Shown here: piece by piece, positions 29,728 to 39,229 of the stretch
How positions within the stretch are numbered: the first letter of the stretch is position 1
Layout: every line of letters starts with the position of its first letter
NCBI GenBank assembly: GCA_025055575.1
Contig: JANWWP010000023.1
Location: 34,255-98,254, forward strand
Origin: Flavobacteriales bacterium
GTDB lineage: Bacteria; Bacteroidota; Bacteroidia; CAIKAF01
DNA: 64,000 nt
Direction of reading: 5' to 3'
Made by a program: the position numbers and the translations under genes
The notes under the pieces: generated by a model
The model's database searches: none
Told to the model about the DNA's origin: nothing
What the model saw: only the letters and a program-made list of their open reading frames with translations

Positions 29728-30789
29728 TTAACGCTGGCTCCGCGGCAATCGTGTGGTAATATATAAGCCACTAAAAATCAGCAAAATCACCGAAATTCCG
29801 GCAGCCATGTGAAAAGATGTCCAACGGCGGCTTCCATACACAAGTACCACAGCCGTTAACCCCCCCATGATAGAAATGAGAAGATAGAGAATGGCCACTT
29901 GTCGCTGAGAAAAACCATTAAACACAAGATTGTGGGTGGTGTGGTCCCGCCCACCCACAAAGGGGCTTTGACCTTTTAAAATGCGATTGATTGTGACAGT
30001 GGCCGTATCGGAAATAGTGACTATAAAAACCAAAACAGGAATTAAAACATTTTTTGACTGAATAAACTGTCCATGGATGTCAGTGGCATTCCAAAGGTAG
30101 CGCACGCCGAGCCAGGCTAATAGCATGCCTACAAACTGGCTGCCGCTGTCGCCCATAAACATTTTGGATGGATACCAATTATGGTAAAGAAATCCCGCAA
30201 AAGAGCCCATCATGCCCACCGTAATTAAACTATAAAATCCGTCTTCTATTTGATTTAAGTATTGAAACAATCCGATAAAGAATAAAATAGAAAAACTTAC
30301 AATAGTGGTGATGGCATCCATATTATCCAACATATTTAGAGAATTCATGAGGCCCACTACCCACAAAAAAGTAAATAGATAATTAATATATTCCCAGGGA
30401 AATACTTTAATATAATTATCAGAAATTACAAAGATGCCTGCACACAATGCCTGAATCAAAAATTTTATCAGAGGCCTGGTGTTGTATGCATCGTCCGCAA
30501 GGCCCATCAGGAAGCCTGCCAGTGCGCAAAAAAGAAAACCCCACAAATGTCGGCTGAAATACATTTCGTGGATCAAATTGGCCGCCAGAGAGGCGATTAC
30601 CAGCAAAAGAAAAACAAGGAAAAAAGTAATCCCGCCTAGGGAGGGCTTTCTTGAAGGATTCCAACGGATTTGTAAAGCTTCATCGCGGGTGCCCAGGTTG
30701 GTTGCAAACTTGAGTAAAAGCGTGTTGGTAACAATAGTAATGACCAGTGAAAGAATAAAAGCCGCCAAAAGAATTAGGACTTTTTCCAT
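29728..30789 (-). CDS. undecaprenyl-phosphate sugar-1-phosphate transferase (WecA/TagO/MraY family)
   Basis: LGGI, GLADD, NSLNMLDNMD, FMGDSGS, DHTTH; multiple transmembrane segments. Confidence 0.88.
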   Translation of the reverse strand: MEKVLILLAAFILSLVITIVTNTLLLKFATNLGTRDEALQIRWNPSRKPSLGGITFFLVFLLLVIASLAANLIHEMYFSRHLWGFLFCALAGFLMGLADDAYNTRPLIKFLIQALCAGIFVISDNYIKVFPWEYINYLFTFLWVVGLMNSLNMLDNMDAITTIVSFSILFFIGLFQYLNQIEDGFYSLITVGMMGSFAGFLYHNWYPSKMFMGDSGSQFVGMLLAWLGVRYLWNATDIHGQFIQSKNVLIPVLVFIVTISDTATVTINRILKGQSPFVGGRDHTTHNLVFNGFSQRQVAILYLLISIMGGLTAVVLVYGSRRWTSFHMAAGISVILLIFSGLYITTRLPRSQR

Positions 30790-30801
30790 ACAGAAAATGT
30801 G

Positions 30802-31344
30802 TTACATTTTAAATGGACTTTTAAATTGAGAGAAAGCCATCCCATGTGCATCTTTTTCTGAAACGAGCGGCTGGCTCACCGGCCAGGGAATTGCAAGGTC
30901 AGAATCATTCCAGCGGATACAAGCATCGGAAGGGGCGTGATATATCTGAGTCACTTTATACAGGAGCAAAGTGTCCGGCTCCAGAGCTGCAAAACCGTGG
31001 GCAAAACCCGGGGGAATCCAGAAAATATGATGATTTTGGGCGGTGAGAATTTCGGCATGGTACTTTCCGAATGTGGAGGAGCCTACCCGCAAATCCACCG
31101 CCACATCATAAGCCGCCCCGCGCACCACGCGCACCAACTTCCCCTGCTCATAAGGAGGCAACTGAAAGTGCAGGCCTCGAATCACCCCGCGCGCCGAACA
31201 GCTTTCATTGTCCTGTACAAAAGAACACTGAAGGGCTGATTGTAATTTTTCATTAAAAGACTCCATGAAATACCCCCGCGCATCCTGAAAAATTTTGGGT
31301 TTAATTAGTAAAAGCCCTGCAATGGGCAGCTCAAGCAGTTCCAT
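30802..31344 (-). CDS. rfbC: dTDP-4-dehydrorhamnose 3,5-epimerase
   Basis: DARGYFMES, VQDNES, RGLHFQ, QGKLVRV, PPGFAHGF. Confidence 0.95.
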   Translation of the reverse strand: MELLELPIAGLLLIKPKIFQDARGYFMESFNEKLQSALQCSFVQDNESCSARGVIRGLHFQLPPYEQGKLVRVVRGAAYDVAVDLRVGSSTFGKYHAEILTAQNHHIFWIPPGFAHGFAALEPDTLLLYKVTQIYHAPSDACIRWNDSDLAIPWPVSQPLVSEKDAHGMAFSQFKSPFKM

Positions 31345-33838
31345 TGGTATTTTTCTTCTTTCTTAACCTCAGCACGCGCGTTAAAAAAGGTTCCTTAATT
31401 TCCATGCCTTTCTCCTGATCATAATAGCCATACCCATAGGTGTATCCATAGCCGCTGTAACCGTAGCCATAGCCGTAACCGTAACCATAGGAGTAGCCAT
31501 AATTATAGCCGTAGCCATAGTTGTAGGAATAGCCATAGCCGTATTTTCCTGCCTTCTGAAGATCAACACCATTCAATATCACGGACATCTTTGAAATTTT
31601 ACTTTCTTCGAGAAGGCGGTTGAGATTGTTAATGAAAAATTTTCTGGAATACTCAGAGCGAAATACATAGATTGGAAAATCCGACTTAATAAGATTGGAA
31701 ATCGCGTCCGAAACAATCCCCACGGGCGGATTATCAATTACAATGTAATCATATTTTTTTTTAAGATCTTCTAATAAGGTACTCATAGCCTGACTGAGCA
31801 AAAGCTCCGAGGGATTGGGAGGGGGCGGCCCAGCCGTGATAAAGTCAAGATTGGCTAATTTACTGCTTTTAATGCATTGATCTAAAGAAGTCTGATGGCT
31901 GAGAATCGTACTTACCCCCGCGTTATTATCGGTTTCAAATCCCAAATGAATTTTGGGCTTTCTTAGGTCACAGTCCAGAAGAATCACACGACTGCCCGTA
32001 AAGGCAAGTATCCCGGCCAGATTCATGGTAATAAAGGTTTTCCCCTCGCCGGAAATGGTGGATGTGACAGATATTACTTTGGGGCCCGGTTCATTATTGA
32101 GAAATTGCATGTTGGACCGCACTGCCCTGAAAGCTTCCGCAATGAGGCCTTTTGGCTTTTTGTCGATCACAAGTTGGGAAATAGGAATTTCTTCCTTATA
32201 CTTATGAATAATGCCTAATATTGGAGCCTGGGTGTGTTTGGCAATGTCCTGTGCAGAAAGTATTTCATCATAAAATAGGTAGCGCACAAGCACCAGCATG
32301 AGCGACAATACAAGCCACCCTGCAAGACTCGATAGAATAATCAATTGACGGTTGGGGGCAATCGGTTGTTCCGGCGAAACGGCATATTGTAATATTTGAT
32401 ATTCCGGTACGTAGCCTTCCCGCGCCAGCATATACTCCGTTCTTTTATCTATCAGTGAATTATAGTATTTTTCATTGATGGCCTGAATCCTCCTCAGCTT
32501 AGCCAGTTCAATGTTGGAAGTATCTCCTTTGGTTCCAGGCGCCTGAGGCATAATCACGGATTTGAGTCTGGAAATATTTTCCGTGATGGTATTCAGTCGG
32601 TTCTGGTAAACCTCCTGAATGGTTTTGGTGCTTTGTATCAATGCATCTTGCTGAATTTTAATTTGATAATCAATAGCTTCAAAAGCCTTGCTATTGGGGG
32701 TTACATTATAGGCAATGTCTTCTTTACGACCCAGTAAATTTCGAATTTGATTGAGAATGGGAGACAAATATTTTTCCGTCTCGGTTCCAGACAGAATGAC
32801 GAGTTGCTCATAAATATCCGCGGATGTGAATTTTTGCTTTTGAAGTAGATTTTTCAAAATCTGCATTTCCAACTCCAGTTTCAGTTTAGCATTTTCCAGT
32901 TCAAAAAGCAGTTTTGTTTGATTGCTTACATCGGTTTCGAGGGGCAGGAGCATACCATCCTCAAAAATTCGATTCACTCCGGAGAGCTTCTTCTCATTTT
33001 CCGAAAGCTTTTCGGTCACAAGGCCGAGCGTCCTGTCAATGTAAGCAATCACCTGATTGGCGCTTTCCTGTTGCTTTTCAGTGTGAAAAACCTCGAACTC
33101 TTTGGCCATTCCGTTCACGAAATCTGCGGCTTTGACCGGATTGTTGTCTTCCAGACTGATCTCAATGGTTTTAGCTGCTTCATTCAAAACTTTTACTTTG
33201 AGGTTGGTGCGATACTTCTGAACCTGTTTGTTAGGATCATTAATTATGAAATAGAAATCGCCTTTTATTTTTTCCAACTTCTCATAATCCGGATTCACTT
33301 TCAGGCGAAACTCCGGAAAATCCGTCCAGGCACCCAAACTGATGACCTGTTTGATTTCCTTATTTTTTATTTTATAAAAAATTTCTGCAGAGTTGCTTTT
33401 TATCCTGATATATACTGGAACAGAATAGATTATCTTATCTATTACTTCATACTCAACAGAGTAAGGAGATTGTTTATAAATTTCAAAGTCAATGATATTT
33501 CCTTTATTAAAATAGCTTATATCTAAATCAAGTTTTTCTATTACACGCCGAATAAAAACCGGCGATCGCAACAACTCCACCTGTTTAGCCAAATCCTCTG
33601 CATACAATTGGCTCACGCCTTCAATGAGATTGGATTTTTGCTTATTGGATTCGCTCGTGAGTTGGATGATGGATTTTGTTTGATAAATCGGTTGCGTGTA
33701 GCGGATGAGAAGAAATGCCGTCGTAGCGGACACCAGAAGCAGCGTGACCACCCACACCACATTCTGCACCAATACCAAAAGGAGAAGACGCGGATCGAAA
33801 TCCTGATTAATATTGGAAACAGGCTTTACATTGCTCAT
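31331..33838 (-). CDS. wzc: polysaccharide co-polymerase / tyrosine autokinase (Wzc/GumC)
   Basis: Two transmembrane segments flanking a coiled region, AEAFR, Walker A SGEGKT, DCDLRKP, PPNPSELL, C-terminal Tyr cluster. Confidence 0.92.
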   Translation of the reverse strand: MSNVKPVSNINQDFDPRLLLLVLVQNVVWVVTLLLVSATTAFLLIRYTQPIYQTKSIIQLTSESNKQKSNLIEGVSQLYAEDLAKQVELLRSPVFIRRVIEKLDLDISYFNKGNIIDFEIYKQSPYSVEYEVIDKIIYSVPVYIRIKSNSAEIFYKIKNKEIKQVISLGAWTDFPEFRLKVNPDYEKLEKIKGDFYFIINDPNKQVQKYRTNLKVKVLNEAAKTIEISLEDNNPVKAADFVNGMAKEFEVFHTEKQQESANQVIAYIDRTLGLVTEKLSENEKKLSGVNRIFEDGMLLPLETDVSNQTKLLFELENAKLKLELEMQILKNLLQKQKFTSADIYEQLVILSGTETEKYLSPILNQIRNLLGRKEDIAYNVTPNSKAFEAIDYQIKIQQDALIQSTKTIQEVYQNRLNTITENISRLKSVIMPQAPGTKGDTSNIELAKLRRIQAINEKYYNSLIDKRTEYMLAREGYVPEYQILQYAVSPEQPIAPNRQLIILSSLAGWLVLSLMLVLVRYLFYDEILSAQDIAKHTQAPILGIIHKYKEEIPISQLVIDKKPKGLIAEAFRAVRSNMQFLNNEPGPKVISVTSTISGEGKTFITMNLAGILAFTGSRVILLDCDLRKPKIHLGFETDNNAGVSTILSHQTSLDQCIKSSKLANLDFITAGPPPPNPSELLLSQAMSTLLEDLKKKYDYIVIDNPPVGIVSDAISNLIKSDFPIYVFRSEYSRKFFINNLNRLLEESKISKMSVILNGVDLQKAGKYGYGYSYNYGYGYNYGYSYGYGYGYGYGYSGYGYTYGYGYYDQEKGMEIKEPFLTRVLRLRKKKNTNGTA
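31421..31543 (-). repeat. degenerate 6-bp coding repeat (xY dipeptide) in the Wzc tail
   Basis: Encodes YGYGYSYNYGYGYNYGYSYGYGYGYGYSGYGYTYGYGYY with synonymous variation between units. Confidence 0.9.
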
Positions 33839-34635
33839 CCGCCAAAGAGATTTCTAAATATAATTATTGTGGTAATAAACGTGGAAATCGAGAATGTCAC
33901 GGAGACCCAAGGCAATACTTCCACTCTTAGCCAATCTATAAAGCGTTCCCTGGGCTCCACATAGATGATATCGTTGGGTTTGAGCACAAGGTCTGCATCT
34001 TTCATTCCATCTATAGTGGAGAGGTCCACCAGGTAGATTTTTGGATTTTTGAGATCGCCGCGAATCAGCTTAATTTTAAAGGCTTTGGCCCCTGTGGAGA
34101 TGCCCCCGGAGGCCGCAATAGCTTCAAATAGCGTCATATTCGGATTCTGATATGGAATTATGGAGGCCTTTCCACTTTGCCCAGGGAATACGATGACCCT
34201 TTGATTGAGCACCCGCACCTGCACATAGGGATCCCTGTAGTGTTTGGAAAAAAGATACTCTAAAGTGTCCTCCAATTGGCGTACAGTGAGACCCGTCACC
34301 TTCAGGCGTCCTAAAATCGGCATTTTAATGGTGCCATCATATTCCACGAAAAAAGATACCTGCGCGCCCTGACGCCCCGACCCGCCTACTTCCCGGGTGA
34401 GTTCCATGTTGGCGTTCACAATGTCAATAAGAGGGAAGCCTCCATCGGCTACTAAAAGAATGGATACATTGTCATTTACACCTATCACATACTGTGAGTC
34501 TCTCTGAGTTGGAAATTCATCAAACTTATAATCTTTGGGGGTCCGGATCATGATGGAGGGATCCAGATATCGGCAACTCGAAATCCCTAAAAATATCAGT
34601 AAAGCAACACCGTACCGGAAAAAATTTTTAATCAA
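33835..34635 (-). CDS. wza: polysaccharide export outer-membrane lipoprotein (Wza-like)
   Basis: Lipobox ISSC, DGTIKMPILG, GLTVRQL, TLFEAIAASGG, LKPNDIIYVEP; TTG start. Confidence 0.87.
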   Translation of the reverse strand: MIKNFFRYGVALLIFLGISSCRYLDPSIMIRTPKDYKFDEFPTQRDSQYVIGVNDNVSILLVADGGFPLIDIVNANMELTREVGGSGRQGAQVSFFVEYDGTIKMPILGRLKVTGLTVRQLEDTLEYLFSKHYRDPYVQVRVLNQRVIVFPGQSGKASIIPYQNPNMTLFEAIAASGGISTGAKAFKIKLIRGDLKNPKIYLVDLSTIDGMKDADLVLKPNDIIYVEPRERFIDWLRVEVLPWVSVTFSISTFITTIIIFRNLFGG

Positions 34636-34660
34636 TTTGTAGGGCGATTGGTTTATTCAT
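34628..34660 (-). other. putative 10-codon upstream mini-ORF (MNKPIALQID) overlapping the wza start
   Basis: ATG lies 3 nt after TATCTTTG (34664-34671); its last codons and stop overlap TTGATTAA of wza. Confidence 0.3.
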
Positions 34661-34678
34661 TTGCAAAGATACTTTTCA

Positions 34679-35878
34679 TTAAGGAACAGGATTCTTTCTA
34701 TCTAAAAGTTGCTCATAAAGAGAGCGCATGTCCGAGGCCAGCCTTTCAGCTGAAAACCTTTGACCGGTTTCAGTTCTTTTGAGAGAAGCCTGATACTTAA
34801 AATCTTGAGCGTGGAGGTACATTTCCTTAAAGGCCCGGCTCATGGCCTCAGGATCCCCGCTGGATACCAAGCAAGCCGGGAATCCTGGAACGATGACATC
34901 CCGTACTCCCCCCACCTCGGTGCTGACCACTGGAATGCCCGCGGCCTGGGCTTCAATGAGGCTCACGGGCGTACCCTCGTTGAGACTGCTCAGGGCCATC
35001 ACATCGAAAGCCGGTAAGATTTCCTCAACGTATTTAATCCAGCCGGTGAAAAAAATATCGGCCTCCGGCTGCATGTTTTGGTAGGCCCATCGGAGCCCCA
35101 GGTTTTCTGCCAGTTCACAATTTTCCATCAAAAGGGGTCCGTCCCCAACGACCACCAAAAGCGCGCGACCTGAAATTTCAGCCCGCGCCTGGGCAAAGGA
35201 CCGCAATAATAAAGCGTGATTTTTGATGGGTGCTAAACGGCCTATGCTTCCGATGATAAACGCATCACCGGGCAAACGAAATTTTTGCCGAGCAAGGTGC
35301 CGGTTTTCGTCACCCAGGTTAAGGAATCTTTTCAATTGAAAGCCTAAGGGCACAACATGTACTTTGGAAGCCGGGCAGATTTTATGAACCTTCACCAGCT
35401 CATCTTTCTGAGCCGGACTGATGGCAACGACGGCATCGCTGATACGGGCCAGAAAACGTTCCAGATTTTTAAATAAAGATGTTTTGAGAGGGCCGAAATA
35501 CCCATGAAATACGTGGCCGTGAAAGGTGTGTAACACCACTGGCACACCGCACAACCTGGCCGCCAAACGACCGACAGCTCCGGCCTTAGAGGCATGGGTG
35601 TGAACTATGTGGGGCCTAAACCGGCGGATGAGACGCATCACCTGCCCTAGGGTTTGGATATCCCGAAAAGGATGAATCTCCCGGCCCATGGAAGGCAGAA
35701 TTTGGTAGGCCACGCCCAGATCTTTTAAAATGAATTCTGAACTTTCTTCTCCCGGCTCGTGGCGGGCCCCCACCAGCAACGTTTCGTATTCCGGAGCCAG
35801 ATATTTGGTAAGCAAAGCCACATTGTAGGTGGGCCCTCCCAAATTGAAGCGGTTGGTGATACGCAAAATCCTGGGCAT
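34679..35878 (-). CDS. glycosyltransferase family 4
   Basis: RFNLGGP, HTHASKAG, HTFHGH, GRLAPIKN, SLNEGTPVSLIEAQAAG. Confidence 0.92.
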   Translation of the reverse strand: MPRILRITNRFNLGGPTYNVALLTKYLAPEYETLLVGARHEPGEESSEFILKDLGVAYQILPSMGREIHPFRDIQTLGQVMRLIRRFRPHIVHTHASKAGAVGRLAARLCGVPVVLHTFHGHVFHGYFGPLKTSLFKNLERFLARISDAVVAISPAQKDELVKVHKICPASKVHVVPLGFQLKRFLNLGDENRHLARQKFRLPGDAFIIGSIGRLAPIKNHALLLRSFAQARAEISGRALLVVVGDGPLLMENCELAENLGLRWAYQNMQPEADIFFTGWIKYVEEILPAFDVMALSSLNEGTPVSLIEAQAAGIPVVSTEVGGVRDVIVPGFPACLVSSGDPEAMSRAFKEMYLHAQDFKYQASLKRTETGQRFSAERLASDMRSLYEQLLDRKNPVP

Positions 35879-37758
35879 CAGTTCAAATGTTTTTTATACC
35901 AATGTTGAAATACAATCAGAGACCATAGCCACCAAGCGCTGTCGCCGGCATCCGGGCCTGCCAGTTTTTTGATAAGGTGTTGGGCTGCCCTCGGATTAAA
36001 AATTTTTTGATGCTCCAGGAAGTCCGGGTCCAGATATTCTTTTTCTATGACCGACTTCAGGGGACCTAAAAACCATTTTCTCAGCGGCACTTCAAATCCC
36101 CGTTTGCCCCGTGTATAAATTTCAGGAGGTAATTCCTCTCGGAAAGCATCGCGCAATATTTTTTTTGAAAAACGAGGTCCGCATTTAAACCGCCAAGGAA
36201 TGCGTAAGGCCAAATCCACCACGCGATTGTCCAGCAAAGGAGGTCGCACTTCCAGGCTGTGCATCATGCTCATCCGGTCGGTTTTCACCAGCATATCATT
36301 GGCCAACACCAATTGAAGATCTGCCAGTAGGGTGGATTGCACTCCATCCTCCCACGATCTTTCTGCACAAAAATTTTCGGCATATTGGAACCATGCTTTC
36401 TTAAAATCCTCTCCAAGCGCTTCTGTGCACCAGTCCAAGTGCCCGTAAGAGGCCCAGGCCAAGTACCGGCGGCAAGGTTTCAGGCGGGCCCCTTCCATCA
36501 TACGGATGAGCTGCCGCACTCGGTTGGCCCAAGGCCCGGACCTGTGATGGGGTAAAAGCCGGAGCAGGGGCAAGAGGAAATAGCCTCGCCGCAGGACAGG
36601 ATACCTTTGAATAATGGCTTCTGCCACATGTTTCTGATAACCGCCAAAAAGCTCGTCCCCGCCATCACCAGAAAGCGCCACCGTGACTTCTTTTCGCACT
36701 TCGCGGGATAAAATCGAAACGGCCAGGGCAGAGGAGTCAGCGAAAGGCTCATCCAAATAGTCCAGCACGGAGGGTAGGATATCTAACAGATCATTTAAAG
36801 ATAGCGAGAACACTGTGTGCGGCACCCCGGCTTTTTGGGCCAAAAGACGGGCATAGCGGGTTTCATCGTAAAAGGGTTCGTCTTTAAACCCAATGGAAAA
36901 AGTGGCTACTTCCGGATGGCGCCGTGCGGCTGCCAAGGTCAAGACGGCGGAGTCCAGGCCGCCACTTAGAAAAATTCCCACCGGCACATCGGCCACGAGC
37001 CAATCCTCCAGAACTTCGGATAAGGTGGTGCGCAGTTGATCCTTGGCCTGTTCAAATGTTAGGTTTTCCACCGTTGGGTCCGAAGGAAGTTTCCAAAAAA
37101 AATTCGGTTCCGAAGGGCCTTGATCGGAAATTTTCATCCACGTCCCCGGCGGCAGTTTGTAAATTTCCTTAAATGCTGAAAGCGGTGCGGGAATGTAAGT
37201 CAGCATGAAGTAGGGCGCAAGAGCGGAAAGATTCAGCTCCGGACGGCCCCACAACGGAAGGAGGGCCTTGGGTTCGCTGCCAAATACAAGATAATTATGA
37301 CGCCAGCCGTAATACAAAGGCTTTATGCCCATGCGATCCCGGGCCAGGAAAAGCTCTTTTTTAAGGGTATCCCAGATGGCAAAGGCAAAAAAACCATTCA
37401 ACCGAAGGAGACACGCAGGCCCTTCTTTTTCCCAAAGCCGCAGCAAAACCTCTGTATCCGAACGGGTACGAAATGCCACACCTTCCTGTTCCAGTTCTTT
37501 TCTTAGGTGGCGAAAATTGAGTATTTCGCCATTGTAGGCCAGGACATAGCGTCCATCGCCGCTCACCATCGGCTGATGCGCTTCGGGGCTGAGATCCAAA
37601 ATAGCCAGGCGCCGGTGTGCCAAACCTATCTCAGGCTCTTCATAAAGGCCCGCGGCATCCGGCCCGCGTGCCGTGAGCGCTACTCCGGCGGCCCGCAACG
37701 CCTCCGCCCTTAAAGGCGGGGCACCCCGCAAGGCGAGCCAGCCGGCAAATCCGCACAT
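35878..37758 (-). CDS. asnB: asparagine synthase-like glutamine amidotransferase (polysaccharide-associated)
   Basis: N-terminal MCG, RGPD, HRRLAILD, YNGEI, RDRMGIKPLYY, LSGGLDS, SGDGGDELFGGY. Confidence 0.92.
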   Translation of the reverse strand: MCGFAGWLALRGAPPLRAEALRAAGVALTARGPDAAGLYEEPEIGLAHRRLAILDLSPEAHQPMVSGDGRYVLAYNGEILNFRHLRKELEQEGVAFRTRSDTEVLLRLWEKEGPACLLRLNGFFAFAIWDTLKKELFLARDRMGIKPLYYGWRHNYLVFGSEPKALLPLWGRPELNLSALAPYFMLTYIPAPLSAFKEIYKLPPGTWMKISDQGPSEPNFFWKLPSDPTVENLTFEQAKDQLRTTLSEVLEDWLVADVPVGIFLSGGLDSAVLTLAAARRHPEVATFSIGFKDEPFYDETRYARLLAQKAGVPHTVFSLSLNDLLDILPSVLDYLDEPFADSSALAVSILSREVRKEVTVALSGDGGDELFGGYQKHVAEAIIQRYPVLRRGYFLLPLLRLLPHHRSGPWANRVRQLIRMMEGARLKPCRRYLAWASYGHLDWCTEALGEDFKKAWFQYAENFCAERSWEDGVQSTLLADLQLVLANDMLVKTDRMSMMHSLEVRPPLLDNRVVDLALRIPWRFKCGPRFSKKILRDAFREELPPEIYTRGKRGFEVPLRKWFLGPLKSVIEKEYLDPDFLEHQKIFNPRAAQHLIKKLAGPDAGDSAWWLWSLIVFQHWYKKHLN

Positions 37759-37770
37759 GCCTTCCGCTTA

Positions 37771-39159
37771 TTACAGATGTATCACTTCGCCGTATGCAGC
37801 GGCGGCCGCTTCCATAATAGCTTCGCTCATGGTGGGGTGGGGATGCACGGATTTGATGATTTCATGGCCTGTTGTTTCCAGTTTCCGGGCCACCACCACC
37901 TCGGCAATCATTTCCGTGACGCCGGCGCCCACCATGTGGCAACCAAGCCACTCCCCGTAGCGGGCGTCGAATATCACCTTCACAAAGCCTTCTTTGTGTC
38001 CTGCAGCGCTGGCTTTCCCTGAAGCCGAAAAAGGAAATTTCCCCACTTTGATGTCGTATCCCTTTTCGCGGGCTTGTTTTTCAGTGAGCCCCACGGAAGC
38101 AACTTCAGGCTGGCAATACGTGCAGGAAGGAATATTGTTGTAGTCAAGAGGTTCGGGATTCAGGCCTTTGATCGCTTCCACGCAAATAATGCCTTCGTGT
38201 GAGGCCACATGAGCCAAGGCTGGCCCTTTCGTGACGTCCCCGATGGCATAAATCCCAGGTACATTTGTACGATAATAAGGGTCGGTGACGATTTTGCCTT
38301 TTTCCACCTGCACCCCCAGAATTTCAAGGCCCAGATTCTCAAGGTTGGCTTGCACACCTGCCGCGCTCAACACAACGTCGCAGGCCACCTGAACCATCCC
38401 CTGGGCGGTTTTGATGTGGGCCACAGGCCGCCCTCCTTTCACTTCCACTTGTTCTACTGTGCTGTTGGTAAAAATTTGAATGCCGGCTTTTTTGAAAGAT
38501 TTTTCCACAGCTTTGCTCACTTCTTCGTCCTCCAGAGGAAGAATATTGGGCATGTATTCTACAAGCGTCACGCGGGTGCCCATAGCGTTGTAGAAATACG
38601 CAAACTCGCTGCCAATGGCTCCTGACCCAATCACCACGAGACTTTCCGGACGGGTCGGCAACACCATAGCTTCTCGGTAGCCAATCACCGTTTTACCGTC
38701 CTGCGGTATTCCGGGCAACTCCCGAGAGCGGGCTCCTGTGGCCAGGATAATATGCGGGGCTTCAAGAATTTTGCGCTGGCCATCGGCTGTGGAAACTTCC
38801 ACCTTGCCAGGAGCCAATAATTTCCCAAACCCTATCACCACATCAATTTTGTTCTTCCGCATCAAAAATTCCACGCCTTTGCTCATACCCTGAGCCACCT
38901 GGCGGCTGCGGCTAATGACTTTTTCAAAATGAATTTGAGGGCTCTGCACTTCAAAGCCGTAGTCTGCCGCATGATCTAAATATTCCTTGACGGTGGCGCT
39001 TTTCAAAAGAGCCTTTGTGGGAATGCAGCCCCAGTTGAGACAGACACCGCCCAGGGCTTCCTTCTCCACAACCGCTGTTTTAAAGCCCAATTGCGCTGCG
39101 CGAATAGCCGCCACATAACCTCCCGGACCACTGCCCACCACTATCACATCGTACTTCAT
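37771..39159 (-). CDS. lpdA: dihydrolipoyl dehydrogenase
   Basis: GSGPGGYVAAIRAAQLG, GGVCLNWGCIPTK, HPHPTMSE. Confidence 0.96.
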   Translation of the reverse strand: MKYDVIVVGSGPGGYVAAIRAAQLGFKTAVVEKEALGGVCLNWGCIPTKALLKSATVKEYLDHAADYGFEVQSPQIHFEKVISRSRQVAQGMSKGVEFLMRKNKIDVVIGFGKLLAPGKVEVSTADGQRKILEAPHIILATGARSRELPGIPQDGKTVIGYREAMVLPTRPESLVVIGSGAIGSEFAYFYNAMGTRVTLVEYMPNILPLEDEEVSKAVEKSFKKAGIQIFTNSTVEQVEVKGGRPVAHIKTAQGMVQVACDVVLSAAGVQANLENLGLEILGVQVEKGKIVTDPYYRTNVPGIYAIGDVTKGPALAHVASHEGIICVEAIKGLNPEPLDYNNIPSCTYCQPEVASVGLTEKQAREKGYDIKVGKFPFSASGKASAAGHKEGFVKVIFDARYGEWLGCHMVGAGVTEMIAEVVVARKLETTGHEIIKSVHPHPTMSEAIMEAAAAAYGEVIHL

Positions 39160-39229
39160 AATAAAATTTTTCCGCGAAAGTACGAGGCAGCAGGAAAATT
39201 AACCTAAAAGCTGTCGGAAGGCCCCCGGA

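Noticed and set aside
31421-31543. CRISPR array or phase-variable simple sequence repeat
   Set aside because: The period is 6 bp with no spacers and degenerate third positions, so it is a coding dipeptide repeat
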